A stretch of 64,000 nucleotides of DNA from Malacoraja senta (taxonomy: Eukaryota), in NCBI GenBank assembly GCA_038087875.1, contig CM075987.1:21950001-22014000 (forward strand), written 5' to 3'. The notes under the pieces are model-generated. The model had not been told where the DNA came from. It made no database searches and worked only from the letters and a program-made list of their open reading frames with translations. The position numbers and the translations under genes were made by a program. This document shows, in pieces, positions 24,601-35,720 of this stretch (positions within the stretch are counted from its first letter, which is position 1; every line of letters starts with the position of its first letter).

Positions 24601-27600
24601 TCAAGGGATATGGGGAGAAGGCAGGCACGGGTTACTGATTGTGGATGATCAGCCTTGATCACAATGAATGGCTCAAAGGGCGAAATGGCCTCCTGCACCT
24701 ATTTTCTATGTTCTCGGTCATTGATCTGAAATATTAACTGTTTCTTTCTCCAGGGATGCTGCTTGGCTGATTTATTTATACCACTTTTTGTTTAAAGATA
24801 AAATATTTATTAAAGACAATACCTGAAAGACTAAAAATCAATAGACTTCATTATTTCTACTGCTCCTTTTGATCATAATAGTTTTTTGTGTGGGGGTGTA
24901 ATTTGACGTCATACAAAAGGTTCCTTAATGAAGAGATGAGCCTCCCTAATCCATGCATTGGAACAAGGTCTTCCTTATGTTATGAATGCTTGATATAGCC
25001 TGCGCATATGACTGAGTGTTTGGTAGACCTGCGGATGAATATGCCGGCGGCTGCAGGCATGATTGACTGGGATCGGAACTGTGGATTTCTATCTGCTTTC
25101 TCTCAACCCGGGCTGATGGGGATGGGGGGGGGGGGGGTCCAGTTAATCCAAGCAGAGCTAGGAGCGTTGAGCAGAATTGCTCGCTCACTCCCCGAGTCAG
25201 TGAGGCCTGCTGGCCACTGCTCTTCCTGCACCTGCTCGCTCTTCTGTCACAGCTTTTTCTGTGCTCCTCTCCCTACATGGCGGTGTGTTGTTCATTTTTG
25301 CCTTATGAACAGTTAGGATTACAAACAATTCTTAGGAACGGAAACCTTGTCATAATCTGGGGTTTGGCTTCTATTTCATATGTTGTAAATGTTTCTTAAT
25401 TACTTTGACAGGTGGTCATCGGAATTTGTTTACAGAATATGGGATGCCCTCCAGTCATTCCCAGTTCATATGGTTCTTTTCCATCTACTCACTTCTATTC
25501 CTTTTATTTAAGGTATGCATGACTCTTTTGATACAGTTCCTAGTTTGATACTATATGTTTTTCACTTTCCACAAAAAGGAAATATTATAAAATTGTCTAA
25601 TTTTATTAAATAGAAAACAATAGAGTAGATGATTCCACTGGGCAGATTGAATGTGAAGGTCAAATGCAAACTTCAGATGGTGATTCCAGTGTGCCGATTC
25701 CAGTGGGCGGATGTACTTTGGACCCCATTGAAAAGTTAAAACTATCATTCTTGAAGCATTCTTTTGATTTTTATGGCATGTCAGGAGGCATAGTTGCACA
25801 GAATATAAGGGCTTCTTAATGTCCAATGTGTGGTGCTGGGAAATGCTAAAATGGAGGTGCTGCATTATTGCAAAGTATTTAATAGTGTGAAACCTGGTTA
25901 GTTTCTATGAGAAATCTAGTATAAATACTTCATAATAAAGTTGGTGTAGGAATGCATATATATTTTGTACATGCATTATAAATGTTTAGAGATCCGATAT
26001 AGAGGTATTTATTAAGTGGCTGTTTTGCTGATGTGCCTGATAATTTTATAGTCCTGGAGTTGTACAGCATGGAAACAGGCCTTCCTTGTCCATAGTTGGC
26101 ATATTGGGCTGGTCAACATCTGCCTGCAATTGGCTTGTGTCCCTCAACTCTTCCCACCTACGTGTATTTTAAAAGTTAATTAAATCTGATTCTAAAGGTT
26201 CCTCTGGAAGTTGCGATGAGCAGTGCAAATATGGATTGTTTTCCAGCATGTGCTGGATTTCAAAAGAGATTCAAAAACTGATTACAAAAGTGATTGAAGA
26301 ATTGAAATTGGTATGCTTCTGCTTGATAGGGAACAGAGGGAAAAACAAACTACTTTTGACTGTCTGGAATTAGAGGTTATTTAGTTGATTAAGAACAGAA
26401 TTGACATTAGGAATTCATGGCAGTGGTTGAAGTCTTGTGTTACTAATAGTCTAACCTTGTCCGAGGAATACATTTGGATGAGCTATTGGAGAATTGAATA
26501 CGCAACAGTGAGGTATGCCAGACACATGCAGATTATTTTAACATCAATGTCCATACTGACTTGTACTGATTTGTGTTCTGGGGTTTTAATATTCCTGTCC
26601 TCGTATTCAACCCTTCTAGCGTCTCATTTATCTCCATCATGTAATTCCTTTAGCCTTACAGCCTTAAATTTTAGAGACAGCCATATTTAAGATGTCCTCC
26701 TTGATTGACCAAGTCAAAGGCTTCCGTGAGGTCAATAAAAGTCATGTGTAATGGGTTTTATTAATGCTTGCATTTCCTTTGGAGTTGATATTTGGTTACC
26801 CGAACTTCAGACATCAAGCTGCAAGGTGCAGAAATATGTAGTCATTTAGGAAAGCTGAGTATACTCAAATCTAGTCAATGTGGTTTTATAGAAGGGAAAT
26901 CTCTGAGGATGTGACAGTCAGATTAGTTTATTATATATATCAGGGTGCAGTAAAATTCCTTGCTCATATGAATATCACAGAGTAAACAATATACATACGA
27001 TAATAATAAATACAACAACAAATCCAAAACACAGAATAGTGAAAGATTATAGTGCAAAATCCGTATATGCAAAATAATATTAAAGTACAATTACAGAATA
27101 AGCAAGGAAGTAAAGCTAACAGTATGAGTATGTGGCAGCTCCTCTGGGAATGGGATGTGAAAGAGGTGTTTGATTCAGATGCCTGATAGCAATAGGGCCG
27201 AAGATGTTCTTCTGTCCGGACGTCCAAGCTTTCAATTCTTGTATCGTGTCCCAGAAAATAGAGAGAGAAAGGGAATGGCCAGTGTGACATGCATCCTTGA
27301 CGATACCTCTTCCTGATGCAACGCATTGTGAGGTTGGACTGGATGGAAGGAAATGATGAGCCCATGTTCACCCCTCTGCAAGCTCGGGTGGTCAAGAGCA
27401 GAGCAGTCTCCATCTCACGCTGAGCTGCATCCTGTCAGAATACATTCTATAGCACATCTGTAGGAGTTCGAGAGATTCCTTTTGGACATGCAAATCTTCT
27501 TAGGTGCCCAAGAATGTAAATATGCTGATATATTTTCGTGATCATTGCAAAGGTGTGAAGGGACCAGATTAGCTTGCTGGTGATTTAGATGCCCAGGAAG

Positions 27601-30600
27601 CTGAAGCAGTCGACCATCTCTACAGCAGCTTTATTGATGAGGACAAGGTTGTGTTCACTCTTAGGTCAACAACCAGCGCTCTCATTTTGCTCATATTAGG
27701 GATAGGCCTTGGAGCCTTCATCTTCTAAGTTGACAATCCTCGGATTGACTGGCACAGAAAAAGACAATCCACGGATCTTCTTCCCTCTTGAATGCATCAG
27801 ATTTTCATTGCCCTAACATTGATAATCTAGTTCCCAGTTGTCTGGTCCCGAAGCTTGAATTTACATCCTTTAACAGCTCTGATTCTCAACTGTTTCACAG
27901 ATGTTCCTTTTAAGATGACCCTTAAAAGTTACCGTTTCGACCTAGATTTTAATATATGTCCCAATAGTTCCTTATTTGGTTGATCCCAAACATTTTTTGG
28001 TAATAATTCTGTGGGGCCCTGAGGATATTTTACAGTTTTATTGGTACAAATAAACATTATTGACTCAAGATGTTGACATATTTGAAAAAAAAGTCATATT
28101 TTATCCTTTCTCTAGAATGCACCAAACAAACAATGCTAGATGTTTAGACCTGTTGTGGAGGCACGTTTTATCCATTTGTTTGCTGACTTTGGCATTCCTC
28201 GTCTCCTATAGTAGGTAGGTAATACCTTGTCTTTCAGTAGATGGCATGAGGTGTTGGTTTTGCTTTAATGTAACATACTCTGTGATATTCTGTATTATTA
28301 TGAAATTAAAGTAGAAAGATGTCTTGTTCAAGCTATAAAGTCTGACTGTTAAACACAACGAGGACACCAGTAATTTGATAGTTTTGTGATTTGATGAGGT
28401 GGGATTATGTGGGGATAATGCAACTTTAAGGGGCTAGCTTTTAAACTGTCCTTTGTTTTAAAATGTTTATTCTTTAACAAAGTGTGTATCTGGGGGTTGG
28501 CGGGGTGGGGGGGGGGGGGGGATAGATAGAATGCACCCAATTCAAAATTTTACCCAAGCTTAAACTAAAATTGTGGCACTGCCAAGTATTAGAGTCATAG
28601 CGAGTCATCGAGTGATACAGTGTGGAAACAGTCCCTTCGGCCCAACAATGTCCCAGCTACACTAGTCCCACTTGCCTGCGCTTGGTCTATATCCCTCCAA
28701 ATCTGTGCTATCCATGTACCTGTCTAACTGTCGCTTAAACGATAGGATAGTTCCAGCCTCAACTACCTCCTCTGGCAGCTTGTTCCATACACCCACCACC
28801 CTTAGTGTGATAAAGTTAACCCTCAGATTCCTATTAAATTTGTTTTACCCTTCACCTTGAACATATGTCCTCTGGTTCTCGATTCCCCTACTCTTGGCAG
28901 GAGACTCTGTGCATCTACCTGATCTATTCCTCTCATGATTTTGTACACCTCTATAAGATCCCCCCTCATCCTCCTGTGCTCCAAGGAATAGAGACCCAGC
29001 CTACTCAACCTCTCCCNNNNNNNNNNNNNNNNNNNNNNNNNNNNNNNNNNNNNNNNNNNNNNNNNNNNNNNNNNNNNNNNNNNNNNNNNNNNNNNNNNNN
29101 NNNNNNNNNNNNNNNNNNNNNNNNNNNNNNNNNNNNNNNNNNNNNNNNNNNNNNNNNNNNNNNNNNNNNNNNNNNNNNNNNNNNNNNNNNNNNNNNNNNN
29201 NNNNNNNNNNNNNNNNCTCACACCCTCTAGTCCTGGCAACATCCTCGTAAATCTTTTCTGAACCCTTTCAAGCTTGGCAATATCTTTCCTATAACATGGT
29301 GCCCAGAACTGAACCCAATATTCTAAATTCAGTCTCACCAACGTCTTATACAACTTATTCATCCCATAAACTTCTGTATACATAGATCAAAGGCTCTTCA
29401 GTGAGGAAATTGCATTTGACTGAGGTGTCAGAGGGAATACCTTTGTATTGTTGATGCCTTCAAGTCTGTTTGGTGGTAAATATGACAATTCAATAGCAAG
29501 AGCAAAGAGATTTAAGTAAATTGACAAAGGAAGAGGGGAAGAGAATTAAGAAAACTCTTCTTGTACCGTGTACATGAATCCATTCCCAGAATAGGTGGTG
29601 GAAGAAAAATTGACCGATTTTCAAAAGGAATTGTATGTATAATTAGAAAAATTTGCATACGTGTAGGATTAATTATGAAGAGTTCTACTAACGAGCTAGT
29701 GGAACAACTGTAAATACAGAAAAACTCTACAGTTCATTTCAGTAGGGGATACTGTGTTTGTTTTTACAGAGTCTATTTGATGTACCATTCCTGGAGCCAA
29801 GTGATATATGGAGTCATAGCAGGCGGGGTTATGGGAGCAACCTGGTTTATCTTTACACAAGAGGTACTAACGCCACTATTCCCTAGAATAGCTTCATGGT
29901 AAGTACCTTAATTATTAATATTTATATGGGGATGATAAGAAGCTCTTAATTTAAGATGTTCAGATTTCATTATAATTAGATGTTCTTCATTAGAACAGAC
30001 TTATTCGGATTGGTATTTTGAAATATTTTCTGCATGCTCTCCAAGTTGTATCTCCAATGAATATTTTTAAAGGATTAAATTAGAACCATTTCTCAGCCCC
30101 GCTAAAATGCAAATAGATCTGTCCTTTACCTGGTTGATAGTTCCTGAAAGGTGAAGCTGGGTTCATGACTTTATTACTTTAGACAATCTTCATAATATGG
30201 GCTGAATCTCTGAAAGGCCTGATGGCAGTTATTTCGATTGTTACCAGGACTTGTGGGCTTTTTTTTGTTGTCAGAAGATATGCTAATGGATTTACGTGAC
30301 AATTATTTGTTTTGCGATTGGCCTCCCTGACACTGACCAGCCTTAGGGCTACAGCAGACAGCCTCTGCCATCAGCAATCTAGGCAACGTTCACCAGAATT
30401 GAAGCACCTGGAACACTGGAATGTCTTTTTGCCAGCTACAAGAAAAAGTTGAATGTGTCTGAGGCATTGCTCACGTTTGCTCTCTTGGGACTGCTGAGAG
30501 GAAGGGGTGCCTTGAACAATTGGCCAAAAGCAAAAGAAGGCCTTGCCCAAGTCTGGGGTGCTTCTGACCCGAGAGGGCCAGACTGGTGGAGGAGGCCCCC

Positions 30601-33600
30601 TGTTCTCCAAGTCTGCTTACTAGTTGTAGGCCTCTGCTGGGAACACCTTTGGTATCTAGCAAACCAAGATGCAGCTAGCTTCTTGGTGGGACAGAGTCCT
30701 GCGGGTTCAGACCAGGATCGGAAACTGACGTGAAGTCAACAAATGGCTTCCTTTTGAAATGAAGTTGGAGGTGACTCCAAGTGAAGGTGAGGTGCCAAGA
30801 TCCAGGGCAGTCATTTGAAGCCAGCAAGCCATAGGATGGACCTTGGGCTTGCCACCCTTTGGAGAAATGTGCTGGAAGAAACCGCATTCTTCCATGACGA
30901 GGCCAGTGAGATTGAATGATGTAAATGCCGGAATCTTGAGCAAAACATAAAATGCTGGAAAAGCACAGTGGGTGAGGCAGCCTTTGGGGAGGTAATGGAC
31001 AGGCAACATCTCATGTCACCATTTCAAATGCAATTCATTTTACTGCTATTTTTCCTCATAATTTAGGCCAATCTCAGAATTCTTTCTGATACGGGATACG
31101 AGTCTGATTCCAAATATTCTCTGGTTTGAGTACACAGTCACAAGGTCAGAAGCACGGTAAGATGATAAACTTTGATCACTCACATTTGTGCTGGTTTGAA
31201 TAAATCTGCTTGTTTTAGCACTATCTTGGATGGTTTTATTGTACTATAGGCATTATTTAAAATAAGCCAACTTTTTACTGTATGAGATCCTTTTTAGCTA
31301 GAGACGATTAGGAATCTTTATTTGTGAGGTCTTCAGTCAACACCTTTATGGCTGCCTGAAACACGAGGCCCTCATCCTGCAGTTTAAGTAGCAAGCAAGT
31401 GAACAAAAAGCAGTGCCAGTGCTCCTGTTCGTTTAATTAAAGCATCTAACGACGATCTTCAATGGAACATTTCTGATAGCTTTCTTGCCTGTGGATCTTT
31501 AGGTGCTGGGTTTAAATTTGAATCCTGAGCTGGCTCATGATGCTCCCAGTGAACTACTTGGGAACACTAGAAAAATGCTTCATTGTCAGAGGTGTCATTT
31601 TTGGATGAAATATTAAATAGAGACCCTATCCGTCGTCCCAGATTGATTAAAGAATAACTGGAGAATTCACTTTTCAATGTCTGTATTTATCTTTCAAGAA
31701 AATCATCAATAGTTATTTGGTTGCTTCACATTATCTCTTGTGGAAGATTGCTTTAAATGAAATGAAACATTGATTACCATGTTTCCTATATTGCAAAATA
31801 GATCACACTTCGAATTAACTCAGTTTGTTGTAAAATGCTGAGTTGTGTTGATTTCACAGAAGAGTTTGCAGTTAATATAAAATTATTTCCTTTATTATTA
31901 CCTAAAAGGTTTAACTGCAAGTGTGCTGAAGCAGACTTTCAGGATTTCTGTGCTTGCAAGTACTACTTGCATCTAGCCAGCTAGTACAGTGCAGAACAGA
32001 GGAAATCTCCTGCTTTGCCATCCAGTGTTATTCCAGTATGAAGAACATTAATTTGAAAGGTTATTTGATGCTATGCTGAAAGAATCCCAGCAATCATCCT
32101 CCATAATTTCTTGACTGATTTCTTATCCTGGTCCAGACACCAAGATGGCCTGTGAGTGAATAGTCACTTGGGTTGCGTAATATTGTCTGATTGACAAATC
32201 AATGTTACAGTAGGTGAATTCAAGATAAAGGGGAAATTCCTGGCAAACAACAGCTGAATACATTGATGGTTGGTCTGAAAAGTGTCAGAATTGGATATTG
32301 TGAACATTCTGTTGAGTAGCAGTTTATTGATCAGGATAAAGAGATTTTTGTATATAGCTAGCGCTGTACTTCCCATCGTATTGTTTGATGCAATACGTAT
32401 TGTTTGATGCAAAGATCACTGCAATATTACAATACAATACAATACCATTTATTGTCATTTGAACCTCAAATTAAGTTCAAACGAAATTTGGTTTCTGCAG
32501 TCATACAAACAAGTAAAAAGAACCAAGACACAACACAATTTACACAAACATCCATCACAGCGAATCTCCTCCTCGCTGTGAATGGAAGGCAAAGTCTTAT
32601 CTCTCCCCTGCACTCCCCATTCTCCTCCCGATGTCAGAGTCGGAGCCCCCGGTGGGCGATGGAAAATAAGTCCCGCAGCCATTAAAGCCGCGCCGGGCGA
32701 TGCAAGGCCGCCCTCCGGGTCGGGATGTTGGAGCCCCCGGTAGCGCTAGCAAGTCCCGCGGCCATTAAAGCCGCGCCGGGCGAAGTTAGACCCAGCTCCA
32801 GGTCATCTTCAACCCCGCAACTCGGGCGGGAGAAGTTGCCGTTGCGGGAGCGCCGAAAAGCGGTCTCCCACCAGGGACCCGCGAGCTCCCGATGTTACCG
32901 TCCACCAGACCTGCGGCTGGAGCCTCCGAATCTCCGAGGTCGGGTCACAGCCGCGCGTCACCGCAGCTCTCCACGCTCCGAACTCGGCCAGCTCCACGAT
33001 GGTGAGTAGTCCGCAGGCTCCGCGACTGGAGCCCCAGGTCGTTCCGGTTGGAGGCCGCTCCACGGTGCTAGGCCCCAACGACAACGGAGACCCGACAGAG
33101 AAAGGTCGGTCCTCCATACAGGGAACAGATTTTTTTAAGTTTCCCCCTCTCCCCCCCCCCCCCCCCCACATATACACAGTTAAAAACAATATAAAAAAAC
33201 ACAAACAACTACATTTAACTAGACAAAAATTAAAAAAAAGACAGAAGGACTGCAGTCGAGCCGCTGCCGTTAGGCGCCGCCACTTCATACTGTATTTGGC
33301 CTGGGACCAAGTGATGTGATATAAAAGGTTTATTTTCCTTGTATTCTCGTGTCATATCTTGAACCCTCAGATTTCTACCATTAAATAAGACCATAGTTGG
33401 TCTTTTAATCAACCCTTTTCTGCTTTTCCCCATAGTTAATTCTGAGACTAAAAATATTTTGTTATCAATGACTATGCATTGACAGCTCCCCCTAGGATAG
33501 TGTATTTCAAATCTACAATCTCCTGAGTAAAATTCTCCCCTCCATTGTATTGTAGATGCTGATTCCTTGTTCTATTACTTCTAGATCTAGATTGTCAAGC

Positions 33601-34238
33601 CTATGTAAACAGTCTTAATATTTGCTGTCGGGCCTTGTATGATGTCACAGAGCCTTCCCGTCCTCTTTACTGGCCAGCTTTTTTCCTGACGTTCCTATTA
33701 TTGCCATTGTTCAATCTGGATCATGTTTCTTGAGCATCAGGGAGAGAACAAAACAGTTGATTTTCTTAATGTAAAGCCGCATCGTCCACTTTTTAGAGCT
33801 ATTCTTTGGTGATTGTACCTTAGCTACCTAAACTTCAAGCTCTAGAACTATTTCCTAAGTTGTTTAATCTCTAATCATTTTTCCTCTTTTAACCCCCTTC
33901 TTAAAACTTAGACCAAATGTTTGGTTGCCTATTCTGATATCTATAGTAGCAAGGTATTAATGTTGTCTGTTTAACGTTCCTGCAAAAGGCATCGTTATAT
34001 AGAAGGCACTGTGTAAGTGATTGCTGCTGTAATTCTGCTCTAAGTGGTAATGGCAATGAAGAGATGGCTTTCTATCCTCTTTGAATATTATTTATGCACT
34101 TCAACAATAGAGCTTTAATGAATTCCCTGTTGTCAGTTATCACATTAACAAAATTTGATCATGATTACATTTTTCTTTTCTTTTTTAAAATCTTCCTTCA
34201 GAAACAGACAACGGAAATTGGGTACCAAGATGCAGTGA
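9218..34238 (+). CDS. DOLPP1: Dolichyldiphosphatase 1, spliced gene with 8 coding exons (9218-9302, 20770-20870, 22180-22264, 25412-25512, 28116-28214, 29770-29898, 31067-31156, 34202-34238); about 241 aa once one extra base in exon 4 is removed
   Basis: Joined exons read MSAVEQCS...[70 protein letters not shown]/...[14 protein letters not shown].../[19 protein letters not shown]...[16 protein letters not shown]...[54 protein letters not shown]2 motifs (K-x6-RP, PSSH, SR-x5-H) are present and all introns are GT-AG. Confidence 0.97.
9795..13590 (+). mobile_element. 5'-truncated, decayed CR1 LINE (endonuclease end, RT and 3' tail), interrupted by an antisense CR1 and a short Penelope-derived piece
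   Basis: Fragments [56 protein letters not shown]; typical CR1 3' tail. Confidence 0.93.
10150..11305 (-). mobile_element. Younger CR1 LINE 3' fragment nested in the + strand CR1
   Basis: ORF 10566-11276 ([21 protein letters not shown]...FADDTKL...[11 protein letters not shown]) and the 3' tail. Confidence 0.95.
13826..14262. mobile_element. Two Penelope-derived insertions in opposite orientations
   Basis: Terminal repeat on + (13826-13956) and a longer - copy reaching the ORF end [17 protein letters not shown]. Confidence 0.8.
15793..17269 (+). mobile_element. RTE-clade LINE, 5'-truncated with a 5' inversion
   Basis: + strand [43 protein letters not shown] and a (CGA)n tail. Inverted RT segment at 15793-16070. 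11-bp TSD ACTAGTGAGCC at 15782-15792 and 17270-17280. Confidence 0.93.
17833..19550 (-). mobile_element. Full-length but defective Tc1-like (DD34E) transposon with long (~230 bp) IR/DR-type inverted repeats
   Basis: TA|CAGTG...CACTG|TA termini. Transposase fragments [43 protein letters not shown]. Frameshifts and a CR1-tail insertion are present. Confidence 0.95.
20770..20870 (+). CDS. DOLPP1: DOLPP1 exon 2
   Basis: ttcag acceptor; [39 protein letters not shown] donor; 101 nt. Confidence 0.96.
21751..21843 (+). mobile_element. Short Penelope-derived repeat with a hammerhead-like core
   Basis: CTGAAGA-stem-GAAACGTC core; flanking TTCCCA direct repeat. Confidence 0.75.
22180..22264 (+). CDS. 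DOLPP1: DOLPP1 exon 3
   Basis: tttcag acceptor; [34 protein letters not shown] donor; 85 nt. Confidence 0.96.
23095..23320. mobile_element. Palindromic (fold-back) Penelope-derived insertion
   Basis: 95-bp inverted arms (23128-23222 and 23224-23318); flanking CCATTTAGT direct repeat. Confidence 0.85.
23760..24712 (+). mobile_element. CR1 LINE 3' fragment with an internal deletion
   Basis: ORFs 23767-24054 and 24055-24468 are RT-like and closely similar to the other CR1 copies; CR1 tail present. Confidence 0.93.
25412..25512 (+). CDS. DOLPP1: DOLPP1 exon 4 (one extra T near its 3' end)
   Basis: gacag acceptor; [35 protein letters not shown] donor; 101 nt where frame continuity with exon 5 needs 100. 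Confidence 0.93.
26940..27700 (-). mobile_element. Degraded Rex1/Babar-like LINE 3' fragment
   Basis: Decayed RT C-terminus and a tail resembling the Rex1 pieces at 48630 and 55314. Confidence 0.5.
28116..28214 (+). CDS. DOLPP1: DOLPP1 exon 5
   Basis: tctag acceptor; [38 protein letters not shown] donor; 99 nt. Confidence 0.96.
28590..29355 (-). mobile_element. CR1 LINE 3' fragment spanning an N gap
   Basis: [19 protein letters not shown]...[15 protein letters not shown]...[13 protein letters not shown]. Confidence 0.9.
29017..29216. other. Assembly gap (200 N)
   Basis: Run of N. Confidence 1.
29770..29898 (+). CDS. DOLPP1: DOLPP1 exon 6
   Basis: tacag acceptor; [48 protein letters not shown] donor; 129 nt. 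Confidence 0.96.
31067..31156 (+). CDS. DOLPP1: DOLPP1 exon 7
   Basis: tttag acceptor; [35 protein letters not shown] donor; 90 nt. Confidence 0.96.
32428..33284 (-). mobile_element. CpG-rich non-coding retroelement-like repeat with a Rex1-type 3' tail
   Basis: (TATTG)n tail preceded by TGACAATAAA on -; GC-rich body with an internal direct repeat; no credible ORF. Confidence 0.6.
34202..34238 (+). CDS. DOLPP1: DOLPP1 exon 8 (coding part, ends with TGA)
   Basis: Long pyrimidine tract and ttcag acceptor; [11 protein letters not shown]. Confidence 0.95.
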
Positions 34239-35564
34239 TGCAAAATCAGCTTATTTTACTTGAGGGCAAGACTGGTGCGGATCTCAAAGGAAAGGAAAAT
34301 CAACAGCAACAAAAACATGTCATTTGAAAATTCATTATTTTTTGGAAGATGATCAAAGGCAAGCTGAGACATATGTCGGCAGTCTAGACACCCTCTGTGA
34401 TTGCAGTCAGTATTGATATAGCTTGCTGTTAGCTTTCTACTGCATGTTAGATCACACCAGTTAAATGAAGCACGCGCGCACAGTGCCAGTGAAATGTGAT
34501 ATTATTGCATCTGATTTGGGAATATGATTTTTACTTTGAAGAAGGGCAGCAGGGGAAAGGGCATACTTCACATTGTGTGAATATGAAATATTTCGAGAGG
34601 AAAGGATATTTTTATGACACTGGTTTAAAAACAAATATTGGAAGAGAAGAAGGAGTTTATGAATTGTCAATCAGGTATCTGACATATTAGGGTTAATACT
34701 GTAGCAGCCAGAAATACTATAAGGGATCATGTTGCACTTTAGGAAAATCTGCGATATGAATGGGAAAACTGAATTTTATTTTTCCCCATTGGTTACAATT
34801 ATCTGTGGCTTTTAAGAAGTCTCTTTGGCTAAGCAGAAATTGGCATTTTTTTCCAGAATCATGTTAAGGGGCTAGTTATGTACATTCTGACATTAATGTC
34901 ATTGAGCCACACAGAAAAGGGATTGTCAGTGTTTTGTCCTCCCCCCCCCCCCCCCCCCCCCCAAAACTCCTAATGCTCTCTACATCTTTGGTTCAGGCCT
35001 TTCAATTTGATTCTCTATTATTTAAATACAACATGATTTGGCAAACTGACAGTTAGAAATTATTGTGCATTTCAAAAATAGGCACTTTACCTGGGACCAG
35101 AGTTAATGCTAACCCTAACATGAGCTTTGAAGTGAACAGGGATAGAAAATACCAGGTTGTCTCAGAATGGTATGTGTGATGGTCTTGGGTGCCCTCTGCA
35201 TCATGTTGATATATTCACGTATACAAATACTAACCTCAACTTCTACCCACACCTCATTGCTGCAGTAGCAATATGCTGAGTTTATTCTGGTAGTGAGGTG
35301 GGGGCTGCATTTTATTCTGAAATCAAGTTGCATCCAGTGTGAAAATATGGTATTTTCATCTTTCACATGCTTCTCCCACACTGATGAGTGAGCAGGTTAA
35401 AAGTATTATTTCCTATCTCCACAGACATTGTTGATTTTGTCACTTAAATATAACCCGTACATGGCCATTCCGAACTAAAACCACCTAGTTCTGCTTTTAC
35501 CAATGTAACAGTGAGGTATGTCTGTTTTACTTCATGGCAAGCCTTTGTGTCTGCTGTAGTGCAC

Positions 35565-35720
35565 AGTCCCCTCTGAGTCACCAAAGGTTCTGGGTTCACT
35601 TGGCACTCCAGACACCCGAGCGCAAACTGAGGGATTGCGGCACCTTTAAGAGTGACATGTTTTGGATAGACTTTAAATCAAGGTCCCATCTGTTTTCTCG
35701 GGTAGATGGAAAAAGATGCT
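35565..35720 (+). mobile_element. Ancient DeuSINE-like fragment (related pieces near 14985-15130, 31500-31860, 45200-45540)
   Basis: Degenerate similarity to the Deu-domain core (GCACTGTC.GAGGTG.C.T.TTT.GGATGA.AC.TTAAA) as recalled. Confidence 0.45.

Noticed and set aside
32725..33319. Overlapping ORFs in the GC-rich intronic element
   Set aside because: Explained by GC content; no domain motifs or splice context.
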